DNA of 64,000 nt, from positions 267,837 to 331,836 of the forward strand of contig CAWKMJ010000001.1 in NCBI GenBank assembly GCA_963850695.1. The letters are read 5' to 3'. The stretch comes from an uncultured Actinomycetes bacterium. GTDB taxonomy: Bacteria > Actinomycetota > Coriobacteriia > Anaerosomatales > CAWKMJ01. A program made the translations under genes and the position numbers. Positions 37,354 through 48,522 of this stretch are shown piece by piece. Under the pieces are notes generated by a model. The model worked only from the letters and a program-made list of their open reading frames with translations, was not told the origin of the DNA and ran no database searches. Every line of letters starts with the position of its first letter. Position 1 is the first letter of the stretch.

Positions 37354-37526
37354 TGAACCTCCTGCGGGTCCCGTTCCGGTACGCCGATCGATGGAAGCGC
37401 GCGCCACAAAGACACGTCCACAAACGCGCAGGTCAATCCTAGCACGGCCGGAAGCGGACGCGGAAGAGAACCCGGGCCTCGGCGAGCGTGCGTTGTGGGT
37501 ATCATGTCCAGTGGGAGGGAGCGCCG

Positions 37527-38261
37527 ATGCGCAGAGCTTCAGTCGCGGTATTGATCCTGGCTTCAGTGGGCTTGCTCTTGTGGCTCGCCGTGCGGGGCCG
37601 CTTGCGCACTCCCGCTGCCGATGAGACCGGCGTGCGATCTGCCGAGCCGATCGCGGTGGAGCCGGAAGGCCCATCGGTTCACCCCGGGGCGGAAGATGCG
37701 GTGCTCGAAGAGGTCGCCCCCCTCGGGACCGAGTCACCTGGAGCGACTCTCAGTCGCCCTGAGAGCGGCACCACGGGAGCACACATGCCCGACGTGCTGC
37801 TCGATCCGCGACTCGTCATCGACAAGAGCGCGCGGACACTCGATCTCTTCTCTGACGGGAGCAGCATCAAGACGTACCGCGTAGCGTTGGGCTCATCGCC
37901 ACAGGGCGACAAGAAGCGCGAGGGCGATGGCCGGACCCCCGAAGGCACGTTCTACGTCTGCACGAAGAACCCCAAGAGCCGTCACGCGAGAGCACTTGGC
38001 CTCTCCTATCCCTCTCTGCAACACGCAGAGGAGGGACTGGAGGAAGGACTCATCACCAAGCGGCAGTTCAGAACCATCGCCGACGCGCTTCGCCGGTACG
38101 AGAGACCCCCTTGGACCACGCCCCTCGGCGGCGAGATCATGATCCATGGTGGGGGCATCGAGACGGATTGGACACAGGGATGCATCGCTCTCGTTGACGC
38201 TGATGCGTTGGAGCTCTACGACGCGCTCCCGATGGGGACTCCTGTCGAGATCGTGCGATAG
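37527..38261 (+). CDS. L,D-transpeptidase (YkuD family) with N-terminal TM
   Basis: GDKKREGDGRTPEG, LSYPS, IMIHG..WTQGCI. Confidence 0.9.
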   Translation: MRRASVAVLILASVGLLLWLAVRGRLRTPAADETGVRSAEPIAVEPEGPSVHPGAEDAVLEEVAPLGTESPGATLSRPESGTTGAHMPDVLLDPRLVIDKSARTLDLFSDGSSIKTYRVALGSSPQGDKKREGDGRTPEGTFYVCTKNPKSRHARALGLSYPSLQHAEEGLEEGLITKRQFRTIADALRRYERPPWTTPLGGEIMIHGGGIETDWTQGCIALVDADALELYDALPMGTPVEIVR

Positions 38262-38350
38262 GCTGACCGCGGCTGGCCCGGGCAAGTTGGGCCCGCTTCG
38301 CCCGCACGGCCCGCCGTCCGTCCCCATATCGCAGCCGATGGTGCGACCGC

Positions 38351-38379
38351 CTCAAGCAAGCTCATAGCCGCTCCGATAG
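38351..38379 (+). promoter_or_regulatory. Putative sigma28/WhiG-type promoter
   Basis: CTCAAG-N15-TCCGATAG upstream of the HD-GYP gene. Confidence 0.55.
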
Positions 38380-38426
38380 GCAGGATGTACGCTGTCATCT
38401 GCACCGTTGGCCGAGGGGGGCCGCGC

Positions 38427-39356
38427 GTGAGCACTGTCAAGCGCATCGTGAACGACCACTTCGAGGCGATCCTGGTCGTCATCCTCGTGCTCGCGGCTGC
38501 GCTCACTGTGCTCGTGCTGCCATACCGATTGGCATTCCTCAACTTCTTCTACATCCCTGTGCTCATCTCCGCCTACCAGCTTGGCCGCAACAAGGGCATG
38601 CTCACAGCAGTGGTGGCTGTCCTCCTCATAGTGTTCTTCGCGATCATCGACCCTGAGCTCTTCGCGGGAGGTCCACTCGCCAGTCCGGCGCTCAACATAT
38701 TCTTGTGGGGTGCCTTCCTTCTGCTCACAGCGTGGGTCGTCGGGACAGTCAACGAAGCGCGAAACCGCAGCATGGACGATCTGTACCGGGCCTACGAGGG
38801 CATCATCGAGATCCTGGCGAAGTTCATCGACAACGTGGACGGCTACACGCAGAACCACTCCGTCCGCGTCGCGGAACTGGCGTGCAGGATCGCACGAGAG
38901 CTCGGGCTGACCGACGCTGACTGCGAGAACATCCGGGTGGCGGGGTTGCTGCACGACGTGGGCAAGATCGATGTCAGCATCGATGTACTCACCAAGGCGA
39001 GTTCGCTCTCACCTGAAGAATGGGAACACATGAAGACCCACGCGACAGCCGGGCCGATCCTTCTCGAGCCTGTCGGCGGACTCCTCGAGTCCGCGTTGCC
39101 CCTCATCCACTACCACCACGAGTGCTACGACGGATCCGGATACCACGGTGCGACGGGAGAAGAGATCCCCATCGGTGCGAGGATCCTGGCAGTGGCAGAC
39201 TCCTACGACTCGATGATCACCGACCGCCCCTACCGGACGGGCCGCACTCCGTGGGAGGCCAAGCTCGAGATCGACTCACACTCGGGCAAGCAGTTCGACC
39301 CCAAGGTCGTCGACGCCTTCATGAGCATCCTCAAGACCGAGGTCCAGTACGCCTAG
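38427..39356 (+). CDS. Membrane-anchored HD-GYP phosphodiesterase
   Basis: TM region; YTQNHSVRV, LLHDVGK, HHECYDGSGY, VADSYDSM..RPY, QFDP. Confidence 0.92.
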   Translation: MSTVKRIVNDHFEAILVVILVLAAALTVLVLPYRLAFLNFFYIPVLISAYQLGRNKGMLTAVVAVLLIVFFAIIDPELFAGGPLASPALNIFLWGAFLLLTAWVVGTVNEARNRSMDDLYRAYEGIIEILAKFIDNVDGYTQNHSVRVAELACRIARELGLTDADCENIRVAGLLHDVGKIDVSIDVLTKASSLSPEEWEHMKTHATAGPILLEPVGGLLESALPLIHYHHECYDGSGYHGATGEEIPIGARILAVADSYDSMITDRPYRTGRTPWEAKLEIDSHSGKQFDPKVVDAFMSILKTEVQYA

Positions 39357-39442
39357 GACGACCCGAAGCTCGACACCACCTACGAAGACAGGAACCCCCC
39401 GTCGACCGGTATCGCCGCGCCATGCAGCTTCGGCCCTGCGCG

Positions 39443-40327
39443 CTACAGTCCGTCGCACCTGACATCGTTCTCCTGCAGCAGCGCCCGAATCGTGTCCACA
39501 TGGACCGCCTCGCCCACATTGAGGAACTGCCGCTCGGTCTCTCGATTCCCATCTCGCTCGACATGCGCGTCGAACCCGAGATCGTAGTGGACGGTTCTCG
39601 ACTGCAGCCCTACCAGCCGCCCCTCCGCGTCGACGAGCGGGCCACCGCTCTGACCCCGGAGCCCGGGAGTCGATGTCTCGATGAACGTGTGCTCCCGTCC
39701 GTCGTCGTGCTTCAGCGCACGAAACCGGCTCACGATGCCATCTGAGACGAACATCGGTACGGGGAAGCCCGCGGTGATGTCGAAGGAGGCGCGCTCGTCG
39801 TCGTACTCGGCTTCGACGCTGTGGAACGGATATCCGACGCGCGCCACAGCGATACCTGGCCGGATGACATCGGCTTGTGGCCGCAGAACGGGATAGGAGA
39901 GAAGCTGATCGGCATCGAAGGGCTCGAGGCGCAACAGCGCCAGGTCCGACTCGGTCTCGACATGGCTCTCGACAACGCGAGGCTTCATCTCCACGAAGCC
40001 CGGTACCGCCCAGATCTCAAGACTCTGCGCGAGATAGTCGTCTAGCTGCTGACGAATCTTGCGTGACTCGTGCTTGCGACCCTTGGCATCGGCCCCCTCG
40101 CGCTCCGCAAGCTCCGTCAGCTGCGCCTCAAGCTTGCGGCCGGCCTCGACCGAGGCCCGGGCCCGGCGCACCTCGTCGACGATATGCGCTGCCGTCAGGA
40201 CCCATCCATCGGAGTTGAGGACCACGAAAGCTCCGATGTTGCTGAAGACAGTGCCGTCGTGCTTGCGTCGCATCGCCACGTACGGACACGTGTACGCCCC
40301 CGCCTGCTCGATCGCATCAGCGAACAT
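39443..40327 (-). CDS. Trypsin-like serine protease
   Basis: LTAAH, DLALL, GQSGGP. Confidence 0.85.
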   Translation of the reverse strand: MFADAIEQAGAYTCPYVAMRRKHDGTVFSNIGAFVVLNSDGWVLTAAHIVDEVRRARASVEAGRKLEAQLTELAEREGADAKGRKHESRKIRQQLDDYLAQSLEIWAVPGFVEMKPRVVESHVETESDLALLRLEPFDADQLLSYPVLRPQADVIRPGIAVARVGYPFHSVEAEYDDERASFDITAGFPVPMFVSDGIVSRFRALKHDDGREHTFIETSTPGLRGQSGGPLVDAEGRLVGLQSRTVHYDLGFDAHVERDGNRETERQFLNVGEAVHVDTIRALLQENDVRCDGL

Positions 40328-40414
40328 GTGGTCCTCTCTGTCGCGAGGGTCTCGATCCTCGCCCGGTCACGTAGCGTCTCACGTGCGCAGCCCAGATCGA
40401 TCACCCTGTAGACA

Positions 40415-41288
40415 TCAGTTCTCTATACCCTCCGAGAAGCCGCGCCCTTTCGCTGCGCCCAGGGCAGAGGCCAGCGCTGAGACCTCCTTGACCGTGGTCA
40501 GGCCGCCATCGTCAGCCACGAGTAGGCCGCCCGAGGCTCCCGCCACAGCCGCACGGGAACCGGCAGCGATAGCCGCCAGCTCGCCCGCCCTGAGGTCCTC
40601 GCCCTCAAGCCCTCCGATCACCGCAAGCCCCGCAGCCTTCGCAGCATCGCGCATCTGCTCGAACGCCGGCCACCCTGCGCCTCCGGTATGGATCGCTAGG
40701 AAGCCGGCGCGACCGATAGCTTTGAGCACCGTGCGTACGTCGCCGTCGGAGTGGAAGACGGGAACCACCCCCCGATCCTCGGCATACGTGGCGATCTGTG
40801 AGAGCCGGGGCGCCAGTTCGTCGATCACCCAATCGGGAGAGAGCATCATCCCGTCTGCACCCGCCAGATCATCAGCCACCACGAAGGCGAACGAACGCTC
40901 CTCGGCCGCCTCGTCTACCTGCTCACAGCAGCGCGTTGCACGCTTCGTCCAGCGCCGAGCCAAGCCCCCGAGGGTCCTCGATCGTGTCCATCAGAAGACG
41001 TCGCCAGCCGGTCTTCTCGGCCAGGATGCCGAGCGGCCCCGGAACCGACCAGAACGAGGCGACCCCCGCCTCGGCAAGCGCACGCGCGGACTCGGCAGCG
41101 CCATGGTGCTCGGCACTGACGAAGGCGAACTCGAGCTCCATCGCCGCGCAGGCTGCCTGCAGCGCGTCCGCCTCAGAAACGTGCATGGCCACCGCAAGGA
41201 GCTCCGGGGGGACGTAGGTGATCCCGCGAACAAGGCCTGGCGCTCCTGCCAGCACATCTCTCAGGGTCTCTTCGGCGCGGGCGGCCAT
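40415..41288 (-). CDS. Hypothetical protein, UroD/MetE-like barrel; frameshifted
   Basis: VADDLAG..GMMLSP, PVFHSDGD. Confidence 0.55.
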
Positions 41289-41297
41289 CTGAAGCTC

Positions 41298-41763
41298 CTA
41301 GAAGAGCCGGATGCCGGCGGCGACGGCCTCGGAGAGGCCCCATACGATGGTGAACGCAAGCGCGACGCCAAGCCCCACTCCGACGAAGGCGCGCTTCCAC
41401 TCCATGTCGAGCAACCACGCCGCAAGCGAGCCCGAGTACGCCCCGGTGCCCGGCAATGGGATGCCGACGAACAGCGCCAGACCGAAGACGCCGTACTTCT
41501 CCACCTTGGGGTGCGCCTTCTGGCGGATGCGCTCGAGTTTGCGGTGCAGCCATGAGCCTTCGGGGAAGAGCTCGTAGAACCACTCGGCCAGGAAGTAGAC
41601 AGGGAAGAAGATGAGCCAGTTCACGAGGAAGATCAGCGGCAGGTAGAGCCGCTCGCTCTGCTGGACCGCGAGCGGGATGGCGCCGCGCAGCTCGACCCAT
41701 GGAACGAACGTGAGCACGATGTACTTGAGGTACGGAGGGAGCTCCTGAAGCCCACTCGATCAC
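41298..41763 (-). CDS. COG2426 small multidrug export family membrane protein; frameshift near start
   Basis: PWVELRGAIP, GLALFVGIPLPGTGAYSG. Confidence 0.88.
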
Positions 41764-41769
41764 GAGCCC

Positions 41770-42180
41770 GCCCCCTGCCCCATACCGGCTGCCACGTCCG
41801 CGTCCGTCCGCTGCCTCGGCTTCCCACACGTCCCAGACTCTCGTGACCTCAGCGCGCCAGAACGCGTCCGGGTCGCTCACGTCACGGCCGAGCTCCGCGG
41901 CATGCCGGAAGTAGCCCTCACCTGGGATGCCGCTGTCTGCCCGCACGACGACCGAGCCGAGCATCGTGCCGCGCTCGGCGTCCTCAGCGCTGCAGACGTC
42001 GCCGAGCAGAGCCGCCAAGGCGGCGGACCTGGGCGAGATGCGCCTGCCGGACACGCGCGTCACGAGATCGCCGTACGTGATCGTGGTGCGCGTCCGCGCT
42101 ATCTCCGAGAGCACGCGACGCATCTCGTCGCGCATCTCGATCCACTCCGTTTGGGTGAAGCCGAACCTGGTCTCGGGCAT
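41770..42180 (-). CDS. Hypothetical protein, possibly winged-helix-like; end approximate
   Basis: IARTRTTITYGDL...MLGSVVV..GIPGEGYF; coding-like codon usage. Confidence 0.65.
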
Positions 42181-42238
42181 GCGTCTCTCTCGTCGTGGGT
42201 CGCTCAGCCGATTCTAGCCGATGCCGCGAGTGCCTTCG

Positions 42239-43966
42239 CTAGTCCCCGCGACGGGATACGACTTCGTAGATCTCAAGCAACCGCCCGAGATCGGGATCGG
42301 GCATCTCGATGTGATAGCCCTGGCCCACCGAGAAGCCTGCCTCCTGAACGCTCTCCAGAAGCCCTTCCGTCTCGACCCACGACGCGACCGCGACCCGGCC
42401 CTGCGACTCGACCAGCGAGCGAACGGCCGAGACGAACTGCATGCTGTCGCCGTCGGCGTGCAGGGCTCGCACGATCGATCCATCAAGCTTGACCTGCTCG
42501 AAGTCCAGGTCACGCAGGAGGTTGAACAGACCGAGCCCGGCGCCGAAGTCGTCCAGGACGAACCGGGTGCCGATCGGGCGCAAGCGCTGCATCCAGTAGC
42601 GCGCCGAGGAGAGATTGGCAACCACCGCGCCCTCCGACATCTCGAAGACGAACCGGTCCGGCGCCACACTGCGTCGCCTGAGCTCCTCCTCGATGAAGCG
42701 TGGCAGCGAGTCGTCGGCCAGATCAGCTGCCGAGACGTTGAGCGAGATGACAGCGTCGCTGTGGTCGACGAGGGCCTGGAGGATCATCGCGATGTTCACT
42801 CGCGTCAGCCGCGGCATGAGCCCGGAACGCTCGACCGCTGTGAGGTACTCGCCGGGCACGAGGATGCTGCCATCACTGTCGATCATCCGCGAGAGGGACT
42901 CGAAGTAGACGACCTTCTGATCTGAGAGACGCACCACAGGCTGGTAGTAGAGACGGAAGCGTTTCTCGGCAAGCGCCTCTCGTACGCGCGCCAGCAGACG
43001 TTCCTCCTTGGTGTCCGCCTCTAGCGAGGCCTCCTCGCGCACGACGACTCGGTTGCGCCCCGAGTCCTTGGCCTCGTAGAGCGCCGTGTCGGCGACATCG
43101 ATGAGCGCGTTGCCGTCGAGTGAACCGTCGATGGGGACCAGCCCTGCGCTCATGCCTAGCTCGTAGAGGCCCGCGTCTGCGACGAAGCTCTCGCGAGCTG
43201 CCAGGCGCATGCGCTCCGCGATGACGATCGCCTCTTTGAGCGAGGTCCTCTCGAGCAGAGCGACGAACTCGTCCCCACCGATGCGGGCGAGCAGATCACC
43301 TGCCCGCAGGTGGCGCTGCAGCATGAAGCGAGAAGTTGATGAGCGCCTGGTCTCCCTCAAGGTGACCGAGAGCATCGTTGTAGGCCTTGAGGTTGTCCAT
43401 GTCGAGGAGGAGTAGCGCACCCGGCTCTCCTCGGCGCGCGCGGTTGATGGCCCGGCCGAGCGTCTCTTGCAGCATCCGGCGATTGGGCAGACCCGTGAGC
43501 GCATCGTGTGTCGCCATGTAGGCGAGCTGTTCTTCGCGCTGGCGCCGGTCGGTGAGGTCCATGCACATGCCCACAACGCCCTGGGTCGATCCGTCTTCGA
43601 GCGCGACGGGGGTCGCGAAGCAGGTGAGCCAGCGGTACTGTCCGTCCGCGCGTCTGAGCTGGAACTCCATCGTGAAGGGCTGCCTGTGCACCAGAGCGTC
43701 CCGGCACGCATGGCGCAGACCGGTGCGATCCTCAGGCAAGCACGCCGGAAAGCCAGCCGTCTCCACACTCCTGGTCGATGCAGCGGCCCGTGAACGTGCT
43801 TCCACTCAGGATTCACATAGATGAGGTCGCAGCTGGAGTTGATCGCCCACGCCGGCATCGGCATGCGCGCAAGCACGCTGACAACGGCCTCATCGAGGTC
43901 GGCGGGAGACGGAGAGAAGGACGGTGCCTGCTCATGGCTCTGTTCCGGCTCAGGATCAGGACTCAT
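42239..43966 (-). CDS. PAS-GGDEF-EAL protein; frameshifted
   Basis: RRADGQYRW (PAS), HDALTGLPNR, RIGGDEF, YYQP, FESLSR, LDDFGAG. Confidence 0.92.
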   Translation of the reverse strand: MSPDPEPEQSHEQAPSFSPSPADLDEAVVSVLARMPMPAWAINSSCDLIYVNPEWKHVHGPLHRPGVWRRLAFRRACLRIAPVCAMRAGTLWCTGSPSRWSSSSDARTDSTAGSPASRPPSRSKTDRPRALWACAWTSPTGASAKNSSPTWRHTMRSRVCPIAGCCKRRSAGPSTARAEESRVRYSSSTWTTSRPTTMLSVTLRETRRSSTSRFMLQRHLRAGDLLARIGGDEFVALLERTSLKEAIVIAERMRLAARESFVADAGLYELGMSAGLVPIDGSLDGNALIDVADTALYEAKDSGRNRVVVREEASLEADTKEERLLARVREALAEKRFRLYYQPVVRLSDQKVVYFESLSRMIDSDGSILVPGEYLTAVERSGLMPRLTRVNIAMILQALVDHSDAVISLNVSAADLADDSLPRFIEEELRRRSVAPDRFVFEMSEGAVVANLSSARYWMQRLRPIGTRFVLDDFGAGLGLFNLLRDLDFEQVKLDGSIVRALHADGDSMQFVSAVRSLVESQGRVAVASWVETEGLLESVQEAGFSVGQGYHIEMPDPDLGRLLEIYEVVSRRGD

Positions 43967-44064
43967 GACCCTCCCTTGTCATCCGTCCACACTGTGTCCA
44001 TATGGCTTAGATTCCCAGCACGGCTGGGTTCGTCACGGCCCCCACGGCAGGTCGAGAACGCACA

Positions 44065-44091
44065 GAAGCCCGCCCTGAACAGGCGGGCTTC
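44065..44091 (-). terminator. Hairpin downstream of ssrA
   Basis: GAAGCCCGCC-ctgaaca-GGCGGGCTTC. Confidence 0.7.
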
Positions 44092-44127
44092 AGCGGAAAC
44101 GGGGCATCTCGCCCCGTGCTCTTGGTC

Positions 44128-44480
44128 TGGTGGAGGCGCGGAGAATCGAACTCCGGTCCACGACAGCCCCCTGGGAAGCATCTCCAGGCTCAGTCAGCCG
44201 GTTGGCATTCGGTCAGGCCGACACCCGGTGACCCGCGTGGCCTTTCCTAGACGATGGTATGTCCCGGCAGCGTATCGTCGGTCGGCTACTCGGTGAGTCC
44301 CCTGAATGACGTCGGATTCCAAGGTCGGGGACGCACCCCGGAGCGACGTCGCTGCTCTATTTAGGCAGCGAGAGCTAGATCATTGTCGACGCTTGTCGAC
44401 TGTTGCCCCTGTTTAACGAGGTAAGGCGACCTCGGCCTGCTTCTTCCCTCAGGACTACCGTGTCGAAACCAGTCGCCCCC
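44128..44480 (-). ncRNA. ssrA: tmRNA
   Basis: 5' GGGGGCGACTGGTTTCGAC, 3' GTTCGATTC..CGCCTCCACCA with G3-U; tag ORF ..VDNDLALAA*; follows smpB. Confidence 0.97.
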
Positions 44481-44599
44481 AAGAGGTGGGATGTCAACGT
44501 GCATCCCGCAGGTCACAACTGGTGACCCGGGCACTAGAGTATACACCGGTACTGACAGCGACGACTGCGCGGAGCCTGCTGGCGGTGCAAGCTGGCGAC

Positions 44600-45070
44600 C
44601 TAGGAGCCCTGCGTGCGCTCCTTGAGAGCGCGCTCGACGTCGCGCTCCTGGTCGCGCTTGGCGATGTCGGCGCGCTTGTCGTACTGCTTCTTGCCGTGCG
44701 CCAGACCGAGCTCGACCTTCGCGCGATTGCGGTCGTTGAAGTAGATCGACAGCGGCACGAGCGTATTGCCGCGCTCCTGCGTCTTGCCCTGCAGGTAGCG
44801 GATCTCCTTCTTGTGCAGCAGCAGCCGGCGCATGCGGTCGGGATCCACGTTCGCGCGGTTGCCGTGGCTGTACGGCGGGATGTGGACGTTGTGCAGCCAC
44901 GCTTCGCCCCTGCGGATGGTGGCGAAGCTGTCGCGCAGCGCGGTGCCACGCTCTCGCAGCGACTTGACCTCGGTGCCGGTCAGCTCGATCCCGGCCTCGA
45001 ACGTCTCATCGATGAAGTAGTCGTGGCGTGCCTTCTTGTTCTTCGCTATGAGTTTGTTCTCGCGGGCCAT
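44600..45070 (-). CDS. smpB: SsrA-binding protein
   Basis: NKKARHDY, EAGIELTGTEVKSLR, GKKQYDKR. Confidence 0.99.
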   Translation of the reverse strand: MARENKLIAKNKKARHDYFIDETFEAGIELTGTEVKSLRERGTALRDSFATIRRGEAWLHNVHIPPYSHGNRANVDPDRMRRLLLHKKEIRYLQGKTQERGNTLVPLSIYFNDRNRAKVELGLAHGKKQYDKRADIAKRDQERDVERALKERTQGS

Positions 45071-45134
45071 CCTGAGCTCCTCGGCAACGCGTGGGCGCGG
45101 GCGCTTCGAGCGCGCCGCACGTTCGCCTCACTCC

Positions 45135-46196
45135 CTACGGAGTGAAGTCCGTTCCCGGCTCGAGACGTGAGACGAACGCGACCAGCAGAGCCACCGTCGC
45201 CTCGAGGTCATCGAGCGAGAGCGTCTCTGTGGGCGTGTGCATGTAGCGCAGCGGCACGCTGACGAGCGCTGCAGCCTTGCCCCCGCGAGCAAGCTGGATG
45301 GCGTTGGCGTCGGTGCCGGTGCCCCGCGGCTGGCCGTCGGTCTGGAACGGGATATCCTCGGCCTCGGCAGCCGCAATGAGCAGCTCGAACACCTTGGGAT
45401 TGATGTTGGCGCCGCGGGTGATGATGGGGCCCGCGCCGACCTTGGCCTCGCCGTGCTTGCGCTTGTCGACATCCGGGAAGTCGGTCGCATGTCCGACCTC
45501 GACGGCGATGCCGACGACCGGATCGACCCCATAGGCAGAGGTGATGCCGCCTCGCAGACCGATCTCCTCTTGAACGGTGGCGGCCGCGATGAGATCGCCC
45601 TTGGCGCCGCCCTTCCCTGCAACCTCGCGTGCGACCTCGGCACAGACCCACGCACCCATCTTGTCGTCGAACGCACGGGAGACGGCCATGTTGTTGCCGA
45701 ACTCCTCGAAGCCGACATCGTAGGTGACCGGATCGCCGACACGCACGCGCTCCTTCACCTCGTCGGCGGGAAGCCCCAGATCGATGAACATCTTGTGCAT
45801 CTTCACGACCTGCTTGCGCTCGTCCTCTTCCAGCAGGTGGATCGGCAAGCGGCCGAGCACGCCGAGCAGCGGTCCCTCGGAGGTATGCACTCGGACACGC
45901 GCGCCCGGCAGGATCTGCGGGTCGTGGCCACCGATGGGTGCGAATGCGCAGAACCCATCGTCGGTGATGTAGGTGACCATGAAGCCGATCTCGTCGATGT
46001 GCCCGGCGAGCATGAGGCTCGGGCCATCGCCGGTCCCCTTCACCAGAGCGTGGACCGAGCCCATGACGTTGGTCTCGACCTCATCGGCGAACGGCGTCAC
46101 GTAGTCACGAAAGACCTTCGCAGCCGGCTGCTCGTAGCCCGACGGCGACGGTGCTTCGACAAGCTCCTTCAGAAACGCGAGAGATTCCGCGCGCAT
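45135..46196 (-). CDS. M42 family aminopeptidase
   Basis: PSGYE, GHIDEIG, AFDDK, VQEEIGLRG, GTDA, RYMHT. Confidence 0.93.
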   Translation of the reverse strand: MRAESLAFLKELVEAPSPSGYEQPAAKVFRDYVTPFADEVETNVMGSVHALVKGTGDGPSLMLAGHIDEIGFMVTYITDDGFCAFAPIGGHDPQILPGARVRVHTSEGPLLGVLGRLPIHLLEEDERKQVVKMHKMFIDLGLPADEVKERVRVGDPVTYDVGFEEFGNNMAVSRAFDDKMGAWVCAEVAREVAGKGGAKGDLIAAATVQEEIGLRGGITSAYGVDPVVGIAVEVGHATDFPDVDKRKHGEAKVGAGPIITRGANINPKVFELLIAAAEAEDIPFQTDGQPRGTGTDANAIQLARGGKAAALVSVPLRYMHTPTETLSLDDLEATVALLVAFVSRLEPGTDFTP

Positions 46197-46416
46197 AGCT
46201 AGTCCTCCCTTGTTGGACAGGCCTCACAGTGTATTCCTCGGCGTCGCCCTGAGCCAACCCCGCCCTGTTCAGCGGCGTGTACGCGCCCATCAGCCCCACG
46301 ACCCCAACGGGGTGACGAACCACCGTGTCGCAGGGGTACACTTACCAGGATGTTGCTCGGTCCTCACCCTCATGGGACTCGGCCGGGCGGGAAGCTGCAG
46401 CAAGAGAAGGAGCGCC

Positions 46417-47186
46417 ATGACCGAGACGACCACTCCCCCGTTGCTGGCGATCGAGGACCTGCACGTGAGCGTCGGGGACCGAGAGATCCTCTCGCGGGAT
46501 CAACCTCGATATCGCCGAGGGCGAGACCCACGTACTCCTCGGCCCCAACGGCGGTGGCAAGACCACGCTGCTCAACACCATCATCGGTATCCCAGGCTAC
46601 GACGTGACGAGCGGCTCGATCACGTTCAAGGGCGAGGACCTGCTCGCCCTCGAGATCGACGAACGAGCCCGCATGGGTATCGGCGTGGCCTTCCAGCGCC
46701 CCCCTGCTGTCCGCGGAGTCAAGCTGCGCCAGATCATGGAGGTGGCAGCCGGAGGCCAGCTTGACCAGGACCGCCTCGACGAGCTCGCCGAGGAGCTCAA
46801 CCTCGGCTACATGCTGGAGCGCGAGGTCAACATGGGTTTCTCCGGCGGAGAGGCCAAGCGCTCCGAGATGGGCCAGCTCCTCGCCCAGAGCCCTGACCTC
46901 GCACTCTTTGATGAGCCGGAGTCCGGGGTCGACCTCGACAACATCGCTGTCGTGGGCGGTGCGATCAACGAGCTGCTCAAGGGAGAACGCGTGAGCGACG
47001 CGTCAGCGTTCGGGGCTCATCATCACTCACACCGGCCACATCCTCGAGTTCGTGAACGCCGATGTGGGCCACGTGCTCTACAGCGGACGCCTTGCCTGCC
47101 AGGGCAACCCGCGCGACCTGATCGAAGAGATCGCCCGACAGGGCTACGAGAAGTGTGTGGAGTGTGCGCTATGCCAACAACCGTGA
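46417..47186 (+). CDS. sufC: SufC-like ABC ATPase (SmsC type); frameshifted
   Basis: GPNGGGKT, FSGGEAKRSE, DEPESGVD, C-terminal GYEKCVEC. Confidence 0.88.
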
Positions 47187-48444
47187 CCTTCAACGCCGAG
47201 GAGCGCCTCGCCGAGATACGAGCCGCCGCTGAGGCCGCTGTCGACAAGCAGGCCGCTCTTGGGCCCGACATCGACATCTCGCGGTTCACCTCGATATCCG
47301 AACACGACCAGATCGCCTCACTCGAATCGCTCGACAAGCAGATTCGCGAGGCCGCTCTCATGAGCGGCTTCACGACCGACGAGAAGGAGGAGCGCTCTGC
47401 CTCCTTCTTCCAGCTCGACCGCACTCCCATATACGAGAGCGTCATGGACGCCTACGACGGCCAGATCGAGATCATGGGGACCGAGGACGCGCTCGAGAAG
47501 TACCCCGAGGAGATGCTCGAGAAGTACTGGTGGCGCGCGGTCGATCCCGGCAAGGACAAGTACACCGCACTCACCGCCCTGCATCAGACCGAGGGCTACT
47601 TCATCCGCGTCGAAGGCAGGTCAGAAGGTCGAGAAGCCCATCCAGGCCTGCCTCTTCATCTCCGAGAACAACGTGAGCCAGAACGTTCACAACGTCATCG
47701 TCGTCGAGGACGGTGCCGAGGCGGTCGTCATGACCGGCTGCAACATCCACACCGATGTCGCAGGAGGGGCTGCATGCCGGCATCTCCGAGTTCTACGTCG
47801 GCAAGGGAGCCAAGCTCACCTTCACGATGGTGCACAACTGGGCCGAGGACTTCGATGTCCGGCCGCGAACGGGCATCAACGTCGATGAGGACGGCGTCTA
47901 CGTCAACAACTACGTGCTCCTGCGCCCCGTGCGCTCGATCCAGTCCTTCCCCGTCGCGCGGCTCGAGGGCGATCGCTCCAAGGCCGTCTTCAACTCCATC
48001 GTCTACGGGCTCGGGGACTCGATCGTCGACCTTGGCAGCGAGTCACGACTCATCGGGGCTGGCACGCGCGCCGAGGCACTCGCTCGCACGGTCTCCAAGG
48101 ACAGCTCGACCGTCTACTCTCGCGGCCGGCTCGTCGGCGCCAACAACGACAGCAAGGCGCATCTGGACTGCCGAGGCATCGTGCAGTCAGACAACTCGAC
48201 ACAATGGGCGATACCCGACCTCGTGAGCGAAGGTGCGCCCAACGCCGAACTCTCTCACGAGGCTGCGATCTCACCCATCGCCGCCGAGGAGATCCACTAC
48301 CTCATGACGCGCGGCCTGCCCAAGGACCAGGCGATCTCGATGATCACGCGCGGCTTCATGGACATCGAGATCCCCGGACTGCCGAGCGCCCTGCGCAAGC
48401 AGATCGACAAGGCGATCGACGAGACAGCCAAAGAGGCGATGTAG
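47171..48444 (+). CDS. sufB: SufB/D-like Fe-S scaffold (SmsB type); frameshifted
   Basis: QNVHN, TGC, HAGISEFY, HLDCRG, LSHEAAI, YLMTRG. Confidence 0.85.
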
Positions 48445-48522
48445 CGGCTCGCATCCGTGGTCGACCGCCCCGGGCTTTGCTCCTAGCCGACGCCGACCGC
48501 CGGTCCACATCAGCGCAACGGA

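Noticed and set aside
43970-44130. Possible island integrated at the ssrA 3' end
   Set aside because: Only a terminator-like hairpin follows; I saw no integrase or att repeat
46340-46373. Possible Rrf2/IscR operator upstream of sufC (TACCAG-N7-CTCGGT)
   Set aside because: Palindrome too imperfect and no regulator gene nearby
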